From Desulfobacterales bacterium (GTDB taxonomy: Bacteria; Desulfobacterota; Desulfobacteria; Desulfobacterales; UBA2174), in NCBI GenBank assembly GCA_963668645.2, contig CAXXWC010000018.1, positions 128,001-192,000 on the forward strand: a DNA stretch of 64,000 nt, given 5' to 3'. Every line of letters begins with the position of its first letter. Within the stretch, counting starts at the first letter, position 1. Below the pieces are notes generated by a model, which was given only the letters and a program-made list of their open reading frames with translations, was not told the origin of the DNA and ran no database searches. The position numbers and the translations under genes were made by a program. Of this stretch, positions 35,771-43,953 are shown piece by piece.

Positions 35771-37885
35771 TTACTTTGATCTCGAAAGAGCTTCAATCTC
35801 TAATCTTAGCCCTTCACAGATAGTATGCCTTAAACTATTGTTGTAAACAACCTCACCATTTTGCTCCAAATTGGCGATACGGTTTTTAATATTCCGGAAA
35901 CCAATCCTTTTTTTCAGAAGCAAAAGATCGATCACCGACTTGCGTAATGATAAATCATCACTCATTACATTGGCCAATCGTATTAAAGCCAATAAGGGTT
36001 CGATATCTTCTTGATCGACTTTCTGATATGAGGTCCAATATATTTTTGATAGTCTGTATTCTTTCAGTTTAAAAAAAGATTCTCCCAAGACTTTTAAAGC
36101 CGTTTTTTCATCATTTTTGAGCAGTAGCGTTTTATAAGCCATTTTTATTGCACCGGAATAATTATCTTGCCGAAGTAGTATCAAACTTTTTAACCCTAAT
36201 ATTTTCGGCTCTTCAGGATGCCTATTTATTAGTTCCTCTGCTACTTTGTCTGCTTCATCATACTTTTTTTGTTCAATGTATGCATGTACAAGGTTGAATA
36301 TAGACTTTTCATAAGAAGGATCAATTGATAATGCCCGCTTGTAGAATTCGATGGCTTTTGCGGGCTCCTTCTCTAATAAATAAATATTGCCAAGATTGTT
36401 AAATGGCACTGCTTGTAAATCAAGGCGATCATATCGAGAGATTTCTATATCTTTTAAAAACGAATTTTTGGCCTTTTCAAAAAGTCCCATATCATAATAT
36501 GTTTTGCCCAAGTTTAAATGCACGCGACTTAAATTTGGCGACTTTTCTATATTATCCTGCCAGATATATATCGGGTGTTTAAATAGATAATTTCTTTTTA
36601 TAACCGAATACCCTTGTCCGGCAATGGTTACACAAATTATACAAGCAACAGCTGTCTTGAATATGTTTTTCTTACCGAAATTGTAGTAGAAATTGATAGT
36701 TGCCATGCTCAGTAGTAAAAATATGGTGACAGAAGGCAGGTAATTACGGTGTTCATACATGATTTCCAGGGGTATGAAAGAGCTTTCAATCAGGTTATTT
36801 ATGATAAAGAATAGCATGCAAAAGGAAATAATGCGATTTTTTCTGAACAAAAATAACCCTAATAATACCCATGCTATCCAAAATAGAATGGCCGGCATAG
36901 TACTCCATGGGGTCAGAAGAGAAGTTGATATAGGGACGTCATAAATTAAAGTAAAGCGGTCAGTCATCGGGTAAAGAATAAGAGAGAGATAATTCAGAAG
37001 AACCCGCGGCTCTGTAAGAACCCGCTCTGTTAAGCTGAAACTTCTATAATCATATCCAGACAAAATATCTAAAGGATTTGCCACTAAAAACGAGATTGAA
37101 GCAATTAGCGAAATCAATAATACACCGACTATGAATTTGACTTGAATTCCAGCCGTTTGCATTTTTTTAAAAAACAAAAATTCGTATAATAAAAGAACAA
37201 GGGGTAGTAAGAAGACATTCTCCTTGCTTGCCATCGATGATATCGCAAAAATTGCACCCAATACATAATATGTTGTTCTTTTTAATTTTTGTCTGGCTAT
37301 CCGACCCTGAAGATAAAAAAATATTGTCATGATATAGAACATGCCTGCCATACTGGTCATGCGTTGGACGATGTAAGTCACTGAGGTAACCAGGATAGGA
37401 TGGGTGGCCCAAAGGGCGGTGGCCAGCAAGGCAATGGAACCGGCACGATTGTCGTATTTTCCCCGTAGTATGGGAAGATGGAGTGTTTCGTAGATAAAGA
37501 GGTAGAGAAAAATTGTCGCAATACTGTGAATAATTACATTGACCAGGTGATAGCCCCAGGGACTCAGACCACCAAAATAATAGTTAAGTGCAAAACTGAT
37601 ATAGGATAGTGGTCGGTCGACACGTTTGCCTCCCAAGCCGCACGCCGCATCTTTAATCCCCTCCCAATCGAGAACCTTCATATGAATACGGGGATTGGCG
37701 ACGATATTTTGTTCGTCATCGAAGATCCAGGTCCCATTGAAACTGTTGGCATAAATTATCCAGATCAGCGCCAAGATCAGCAGCAAGGGAACGGCGTGAG
37801 CGCGCCAACACAGAGTCTGGTCCGGGGTGCAGCAGGCTTCGGAGGGCATTTTATTGGTTGCGGCTGGTAAATAAGCGTCATTCAT
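35771..37885 (-). CDS. TMTC-like GT-C-fold membrane glycosyltransferase with C-terminal TPR repeats
   Basis: WIFDD after TM1, RPL, YH.VN..IH, HP....V.YI.QR, SKE and EHRNYLP motifs; TPRs (HLNLG..Y, NNLG.IY). Start ATG 37885 preferred. Confidence 0.8.
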   Translation of the reverse strand: MNDAYLPAATNKMPSEACCTPDQTLCWRAHAVPLLLILALIWIIYANSFNGTWIFDDEQNIVANPRIHMKVLDWEGIKDAACGLGGKRVDRPLSYISFALNYYFGGLSPWGYHLVNVIIHSIATIFLYLFIYETLHLPILRGKYDNRAGSIALLATALWATHPILVTSVTYIVQRMTSMAGMFYIMTIFFYLQGRIARQKLKRTTYYVLGAIFAISSMASKENVFLLPLVLLLYEFLFFKKMQTAGIQVKFIVGVLLISLIASISFLVANPLDILSGYDYRSFSLTERVLTEPRVLLNYLSLILYPMTDRFTLIYDVPISTSLLTPWSTMPAILFWIAWVLLGLFLFRKNRIISFCMLFFIINNLIESSFIPLEIMYEHRNYLPSVTIFLLLSMATINFYYNFGKKNIFKTAVACIICVTIAGQGYSVIKRNYLFKHPIYIWQDNIEKSPNLSRVHLNLGKTYYDMGLFEKAKNSFLKDIEISRYDRLDLQAVPFNNLGNIYLLEKEPAKAIEFYKRALSIDPSYEKSIFNLVHAYIEQKKYDEADKVAEELINRHPEEPKILGLKSLILLRQDNYSGAIKMAYKTLLLKNDEKTALKVLGESFFKLKEYRLSKIYWTSYQKVDQEDIEPLLALIRLANVMSDDLSLRKSVIDLLLLKKRIGFRNIKNRIANLEQNGEVVYNNSLRHTICEGLRLEIEALSRSK

Positions 37886-38150
37886 GGAAATCCCCCGGTG
37901 TCTGTGAAAGTTGATTTCGTCTTTTTTCGAAAAAATTTTCAAGGATGGAAGCCATGTCCCGCATCATCTGCGCTGTAGGCTGCCAGCCTCGGCAATGTCA
38001 AGACATGAACCGCCTCTTTACGTTTAGGTGAACATCGCATGCATTTGCCTCCTGCACCCCTTTTATAGAGTATCTCGGTTCATGCGACAACTATCCCGGC
38101 ACGGGGAAAGAGCGAGCGTCCCGGCCGTTTAATAGCGTTCATCGCGCAGA

Positions 38151-38252
38151 TCCCGGATCACCATTGCACTGGATGACGATTTGCACCGTGCACTCAAGGA
38201 GACGGCCGCTCGGCAGGGGCGCAGCATCGGCCAGATCATCGAAGAGAGCCTT
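38151..38252 (+). pseudogene. Ribbon-helix-helix (CopG-like) regulator or antitoxin remnant
   Basis: Frame reads SRITIALDDDLHRALKETAARQGRSIGQIIEESL, with no in-frame start codon and an unrelated tail. Confidence 0.6.
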
Positions 38253-38434
38253 GGTGCTCGGTCATCTCACCCACCACTTCGGCCGAACACTTCAAGAAAC
38301 GGTGATGACGCGGTTTCAACTTGATACCTGGCCTTGTGGGATCGGTTTTTAACCGCGATAAGGCATAGTGGGCGGACGCTCGGTCGCGGATAACTTCCGC
38401 TCCTGTCAGGAATACACCTTTACATGCTTTTGCT

Positions 38435-38603
38435 CTCCGCGTCTCAGCGTCTCCGCGCGAAACCGGCAGTTTTCCGCCCTTTTCCCGCCTTTTGGATCAA
38501 CTTCAGATTCCTCGATGCAGGCTTTTCGGAATGATCCGGGGAAGGGATGGCTGAGTCTCTCCGTGTGAGGCACCTCTACAGGACTGCGCGCCTCCGCGCG
38601 AGG
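38435..38603. repeat. Short degenerate 8-bp repeats (CTCCGCGY-type)
   Basis: CTCCGCGT-CTCAGCGT-CTCCGCGC at 38435-38458 and CTGCGCGC-CTCCGCGC at 38584-38599. Confidence 0.4.
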
Positions 38604-38811
38604 CCGTCCTTTTTCAGACGTTTCCCAGCTTGATTGCGCGGTATTTTCCCATGTGGTAAAGAAACCTCCGGACGGTGCGCCGGTTTTCACCTTCATCGAT
38701 GTACAAGCGGCGCCTTGCCCTATTGCGATAGTGAGCCTCGCGGCCGGTGGCTGCCGCCGGTGGCGTTCGGAATCATGAACCGATCCGGGAAAGCGGAATT
38801 TCAGACAGATC

Positions 38812-40245
38812 ATGAAAAGAGATAACAACAGACAGCGCGCCTTGATCGCGCTCGGGACGATGGGCCTGCTCGTGGCTGTTTTGGCCTCCGCCGAACCATA
38901 TTTAGCCGCCCTGGCCGATCTTTGCGGCTTTGTCGGCGGCAGTTGCCGGGACACGGCGGCCTATTCGCTTTTCGGGCAGCCCGTGGCACTTTGGGGCATC
39001 GCCTACTATGTGGTGCTGCTCGGGTGCATTCTCAAAGCACCCACATGGACTTTTCGTCTGGTCATGGCCGGCGTCGGGGTGGAGGCCACTTTCTTTTACG
39101 CCCTGGTCGCCCATCGTATTTTTTGCCCCATCTGCATGCTGAATCTGGTGGTGGTGGTGGCCCTGGCGGTCCTGGTATTTCGCCCCTCGCGTGCCTGGGA
39201 AGCCTTGGCCCTGGGCCTCCTTTTCATGGTCCTTTCCCTGGCGCCTTTTACCTCCGAAAACCTGCCGCAGCGCAATCCTTCCCGTGCGGATGCGCAGCCG
39301 GCCGTCGTCGCCCGGGTCGACGGCAAACCGATCACGGCAGCGGATCTGGAACGCACCATGGCGGGCCGGATCTACGATGCGCGCATGGGCCTATACAAGG
39401 ATAAGGTCAAGCAGCTCGACCAGATCATTCAGGAGCGTCTTCTTGAACTGGAAGCCCAGCGACTCGATACCACGGTGGAGAAGCTGCGCGTAGCGGCCGT
39501 CAAGGACGTGGCACCTGTTTCGGACGGGGATATCGATGCCTATCTGGCGGCCAATCCGGGTATCGTTTCCAATTGGCAAGGACCGAAGGCCGAATTGCGG
39601 AAGCGGATCAGCGAGCATCTGGGCCGCAACAGGATCACCACAGCGTTGAACACCTTTGTGGACGGTCTGCGAAGCGGCCGGAAAGTCGAGATCCTTCTAA
39701 GCGAACCGCCCCTTCCCCTGACCCAGGTGCCTCTGGGCGCCAGTCCGAGCCAGGGACCCGCCGATGCCCGGGTCACGGTGGTGGAATTTTCCGATTATCT
39801 TTGCCCGGCCTGCCGCAAGGCCCACGATGTCGTCTCCGGCCTGCGCCGGACCTACGAGGGCCGGATTCGATGGGTCTTCAAGGACCTGCCTCTCGAGCGC
39901 CACCAGGCCTCCTTCCAGATGGCCGAGGCGGCCCGCTGCGCCCATGATCAGGGAGACTTCTGGCAATACCAGGATCTGCTGTTCCAGGCGCCGAAAGACC
40001 TCGACCAGGCCGGGTTGGTCGAACTGGCGCAAACCCTGGGAATGGACGGCGGGCAATTTGAACAGTGCATCCGGGATGAAAAGCACCGTGCCGATGTGCT
40101 GGAAGATATGCTGGCGGCCCGTGAAGCTGGGGTGGACGCCACACCGACCTTCATCGTCAACGGCAGACTGCGGCCCGGCCTCGGGCGCAACAACAACCTG
40201 CACGCCCTGATCGAAGCCGAGTTGAGCACCCCGGTCCCGCACTGA
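38812..40245 (+). CDS. VKOR-like membrane domain + SurA-N-like helical linker + DsbA/thioredoxin domain fusion
   Basis: Loop Cys pair LCGFVGGSC, TM CPIC; VVARVDGKPIT; VEFSDYLCPAC and cis-Pro ATPTF. Confidence 0.85.
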   Translation: MKRDNNRQRALIALGTMGLLVAVLASAEPYLAALADLCGFVGGSCRDTAAYSLFGQPVALWGIAYYVVLLGCILKAPTWTFRLVMAGVGVEATFFYALVAHRIFCPICMLNLVVVVALAVLVFRPSRAWEALALGLLFMVLSLAPFTSENLPQRNPSRADAQPAVVARVDGKPITAADLERTMAGRIYDARMGLYKDKVKQLDQIIQERLLELEAQRLDTTVEKLRVAAVKDVAPVSDGDIDAYLAANPGIVSNWQGPKAELRKRISEHLGRNRITTALNTFVDGLRSGRKVEILLSEPPLPLTQVPLGASPSQGPADARVTVVEFSDYLCPACRKAHDVVSGLRRTYEGRIRWVFKDLPLERHQASFQMAEAARCAHDQGDFWQYQDLLFQAPKDLDQAGLVELAQTLGMDGGQFEQCIRDEKHRADVLEDMLAAREAGVDATPTFIVNGRLRPGLGRNNNLHALIEAELSTPVPH

Positions 40246-40394
40246 AAGATTTCTTAAGCGCCTGAAGGTTCTTTTCATTTTTTCCCGTTTACAGCCTGTA
40301 AAGATAGTGGACACTCCTTTTGCCGGCGATGGCCGGTAAGTATTTTTTGTCACTTGATTTAAGCCTGTTATGCGCCTTGCTGGGCTTGCGTTGA

Positions 40395-40410
40395 TGGCAC
40401 AAGGCTTGCA
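40395..40410 (+). promoter_or_regulatory. sigma54 promoter
   Basis: TGGCACAAGGCTTGCA is a consensus -24/-12 element ~60 nt upstream of the usp gene. Confidence 0.85.
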
Positions 40411-40466
40411 ATGAAATCAGTGGCAATAAAGGTCGATCGGTCCCACCAAAAGCTATTGGACAAAGG

Positions 40467-40940
40467 ATGGCGGCTATGAATTTTTACAAGCGCATCATGG
40501 TGGCAGTCGATTTTTCGGAATTTTCCTCAAACGCCGTGGCCCACGCCGCAGCTCTGGCACGGCGTCTCAGCGCAAGCCTGATTCTGGTCAATGTGCTGAA
40601 CCGGCGTGATGTGGAGACGGTCGAAAGGGTTCTGGTAGGACAGACGGAGTTTACCGCCGAACAGTACATCGAAAGCCAAAATCAGGAGCGCTTGAGACGC
40701 CTGCGCGCGCTTCTATCCGAAGCCAATGCCGAGGATATCCCCTCCAAAGTCGTGGTAGAGACGGGGGTGCCGTACCAGGTTCTGCTTGAACAGATCAGGG
40801 TCGAAAATGCCGATTTGCTGGTGATGAGCACCAAAGGCCGCGGGAACCTGGCGGATACCGTGGTCGGCTCCTGTGCCCAGAAGATGTACCGCCGCTGCCC
40901 GGTGCCGCTGCTCAGCCTGCGGCCAGAAAAAAGGAGGTAG
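40467..40940 (+). CDS. Universal stress protein (single domain)
   Basis: RIMVAVDFSEFS, DLLVMSTKGR, GS.A and CPVPLL motifs. Confidence 0.93.
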   Translation: MAAMNFYKRIMVAVDFSEFSSNAVAHAAALARRLSASLILVNVLNRRDVETVERVLVGQTEFTAEQYIESQNQERLRRLRALLSEANAEDIPSKVVVETGVPYQVLLEQIRVENADLLVMSTKGRGNLADTVVGSCAQKMYRRCPVPLLSLRPEKRR

Positions 40941-40943
40941 CCG

Positions 40944-41627
40944 ATGCTGGTCAAAAATTGGATGCAAACCGAGGTGGTCACCATTGAAGATCAGGACTCG
41001 ATGGAAAAGGCCATCAAGGTCATGAAGCAAAACGACGTGCGCATGCTGCCGGTGCTGCACAAGGGACGTCTGGTGGGCGTGTTGACGGACCGTGATTTGA
41101 AGCGGGCCTCGGCCTCGGAGGCCACCGCCCTGGAAGTCCACGAGCTGTTTTACCTCATCTCCCAGATCAAAGTGGCCTCGATCATGAGTGCCCCGGCCAT
41201 CAGCGTTCCGCCGGATTTTACCATTGAAGAAACGGCCGAATTGCTGCTGCGTCACCGGATCTCGGGAGCCCCGGTGGTGGACGGCCAGAACCGCATCGTG
41301 GGCATTATCACCCAGGTCGAAATCAACAAGTTGATTATCGCCCTGACCGGCTTGGGACAGCGAGGGATACAGTTGGCTTTTCTGCTGACCGACCAGCCGG
41401 GATCGATCAAGGCGGTGGCTGACGTGATTCGAAACTATCAGGGCCGGCTGTTGAGCATCCTGACCTCCTACGACCAGGTGCCGGAGGGCTACCGCAAGGT
41501 CTATATCCGCTGCTTCGGCCTGGAACGTTCACGGGTGCCGGCGTTGCTCGAGGCTCTGCGTGAAAAGGGCAAGCTGCTTTACATGGTGGACCACAAAGAG
41601 AACCTGCGCGAGATTTTCGACACCTGA
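40944..41627 (+). CDS. CBS-pair + ACT domain protein (AcuB-like)
   Basis: MLVKNWM, LPVL..GRLVG.LTDRDLK.AS.S.AT.L and ACT motif DQPG. Confidence 0.9.
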   Translation: MLVKNWMQTEVVTIEDQDSMEKAIKVMKQNDVRMLPVLHKGRLVGVLTDRDLKRASASEATALEVHELFYLISQIKVASIMSAPAISVPPDFTIEETAELLLRHRISGAPVVDGQNRIVGIITQVEINKLIIALTGLGQRGIQLAFLLTDQPGSIKAVADVIRNYQGRLLSILTSYDQVPEGYRKVYIRCFGLERSRVPALLEALREKGKLLYMVDHKENLREIFDT

Positions 41628-41670
41628 TCGATGCTGGATGCCGTTCGGACCGGTACGACAGGAAATGGTT

Positions 41671-42588
41671 ATGAATCAAAATGCTTGCGGGACAGCCGGT
41701 CCGACCCAACCCTTCGGCTGGCATGCACTGGACGCGGGGTCGGTATTGGACAAGCTCGGCGGAGACGGCCGCAAAGGGCTGAGCGCTGTCCAGGTCCGAA
41801 GACGCTTGCGCCGTTACGGTGCCAATCTGCCAGCGCCCCTGGAAGCCAAGCCGGCCTTTGGGTGGCGCAATTTCAATGCGCCCATGCTGATCCTGCTCCT
41901 GGCGGCGGGAGCGGGCCTTTTTCTGCTTCGCGACTGGACCGGGGGAACGGTTCTGCTGGCTCTGCCCCTGGTCAACCTGGTGGTTCATTGGCTCTATTCC
42001 CTGAAAAGCGAGAGACACCGGCGGCGGTTGCGCCGCCGGCTGGTCAGTTCCGGCATGGCCGTGCGTGAGGGCCGGGCCACCGCAGTGGACCCGGCCCAAC
42101 TGGTTCCAGGCGATCTGCTGGCTTTCGAGCCGGGCGCCCGCATCTGGGCCGATGCCCGTCTTATCGAGGGTGAGGGGGTTATGGCGGACGAGTCTTTTTT
42201 CGACGGTCCGCTGGAGGTCGCCAAAAGCGCGGCCCCCATCGCCATCGAAACCGACCGGTCATCCCAGTCTTCAATGCTCTGGTGCGGCACCACCATCGTC
42301 GTCGGCAGCGGCCGGGCGGTGGTGGTGGCCACGGGCCCGGGCACCTTCTGGAGCCGCACCTTGTCACCGGCGCCATTGCGCCCCCGGTCCGCCGGGTTGA
42401 CCGGGGCTCTGGCGTTGCTTCTGGGGCTGTGGTGGGTACGCGGATGGCTGCCGGCGACCGTGGCGGCCTTCGTTCCTGTTTTGATGGTGTTTGCGATGGG
42501 CGTGGACCGTTGGATCTACCACCGGGCCGAGAACCGGCGCTTGAATGAGCTGGAGCGCCGATTCGATAAAGGTGCTTCGATCCGGTGA
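41671..42588 (+). CDS. Truncated or degenerate P-type cation ATPase (N-terminal + actuator domains only)
   Basis: WH....VL..L....GLS...RL..YGAN, LVPGD, ADARL and AVVVATG motifs. TGES is replaced (DESFFDGP) and there is no DKTGT, P or N domain. Confidence 0.7.
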   Translation: MNQNACGTAGPTQPFGWHALDAGSVLDKLGGDGRKGLSAVQVRRRLRRYGANLPAPLEAKPAFGWRNFNAPMLILLLAAGAGLFLLRDWTGGTVLLALPLVNLVVHWLYSLKSERHRRRLRRRLVSSGMAVREGRATAVDPAQLVPGDLLAFEPGARIWADARLIEGEGVMADESFFDGPLEVAKSAAPIAIETDRSSQSSMLWCGTTIVVGSGRAVVVATGPGTFWSRTLSPAPLRPRSAGLTGALALLLGLWWVRGWLPATVAAFVPVLMVFAMGVDRWIYHRAENRRLNELERRFDKGASIR

Positions 42589-42810
42589 ACCGAAGACAGA
42601 TCCTCTCTTCCACGGTTGGCCAATCCTTCATCCGCCCCAGTCAAATCCACTCCTTGCTGCTGCGCCATTGCCAGGCAGGCGGCATCATATGCGCAAGATC
42701 CAATCGAACCGATTTACACCCTGTAAAAGAATCGGACAGCCGATGTTGCAGAGGCCCGAGCCTCGACCGCCTGAGCCTTGACTGTCCAGGTTCTTGTCCT
42801 TTTGCATGGT

Positions 42811-42826
42811 TGGTACGGCCATTGCT
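42811..42826 (+). promoter_or_regulatory. sigma54 promoter
   Basis: TGGTACGGCCATTGCT with canonical -24/-12 spacing, ~90 nt upstream of the tandem usp gene. Confidence 0.75.
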
Positions 42827-42913
42827 TTACCTTACTGTAACAACAACCGGGCCGGCCCGGCGGCCGTCATGCCGCCGGTAACAAACCGGGCGGATCAACC
42901 AAGGAGGAATGTC

Positions 42914-43850
42914 ATGCCAAGAACACGTCCACAACGCATCCTGATGGCCCTGGACGGCTCGGAACGCAGTCTCGAAACGGTACGTTATATCGCCCGTTTC
43001 AAGCCCTTCCAAAAGATGGACACCGTGCTGCTGCATGTCCTCAACAGCGTGCCGGAGTGTTACTACGACCTGGAAAAAGTTCAAAAGGCGGTCAAGGTCG
43101 CCGCGCCGATGCGCGCCTGGGAGGCCGAGCAAAAGAAGATGATCCAGGCCTACATGCAGCACGCCAGGGAGATCTTGCAGAACCACGGCTATGATGCGGA
43201 TCGCATCCAGATCATGATCCGCAAGCGCAAACAGGGCATTGCGCGCGACATCATCCGCGAGGCGGGCAGCGGCTACGACGCGGTGATCATCCGCCGCCGC
43301 GGGCTGGGTGCCATGAGACCGGTGGTCGTGGGCAGCGTGGCGGCCAAGCTCATCGAAAAATTGACCTTTCTGCCGGTGCTCATCGCCGGCCGACGGGCGC
43401 CCAACGACCGGGTCCTGGTGGGCCTGGACGGGTCCGAGTGCGCCATGCATGCCCTGGATTTCGTGGCGCAGAGGCTGGGTGGGCGCGACTTTCACGTGCA
43501 TCTGTTGAACGCGATTCGCGGCCGCGCCACCGCTGAGTTGACATCCCGGCGTTTTGCCGCCTCGGCCGAATGTCTGGCCGAGGCAGAAGCCCAGATCGAT
43601 AAGGTCTTCGCCGAAGCGCGGCGGCGTCTCGAGGCCCAGGGATTCGCCCCGGACCATATCAGCACCCAGGTGATCAAAGGGGGTTGTGAGCCGGGCCGCC
43701 ACCATCGCTGAAGAGGCCAAAAGCGGCAACTTCGGCACCATCGTCCTGGGCCGCCGGGGCCAGTCCAGCGTGAAGGACTTTTTCATCGGCCGGGTGACGA
43801 ACAAGGTGATCGTCGCCGCACGCCAGCACAGCGTGTGGGTGGTGACCTGA
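42914..43850 (+). pseudogene. Tandem-domain universal stress protein with +1 frameshift at G5 run (43679-43683)
   Basis: Two USP domains. Removing one G restores ...IKGVVSRAATIAEEAKSGNFGTIVLGRRGQSSVKDFFIGRVTNKVI...VWVVT*. May be a sequencing error. Confidence 0.8.
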
Positions 43851-43953
43851 GAAAATTGCGGACCAGGGTCTCATCGGGGTTATCGAAACGGATGGCTTCA
43901 GGACCCATGGAAGCCAAGGCCCATTGCCTGACTTGAATGATGACTGGGATGCG

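Larger units (their letters stand above)
27560..38330. other. AT-rich variable island / pilin cassette (boundaries approximate)
   Basis: Visible drop in GC content and switch to A/T-ending codons relative to the flanks; gene remnants at both edges; no integrase or att repeat seen. Confidence 0.75.

Noticed and set aside
27560..38330. Prophage, ICE or integron interpretation of the AT-rich island
   Set aside because: No integrase, transposase, phage structural operon, tRNA target or att/attC repeats were seen.
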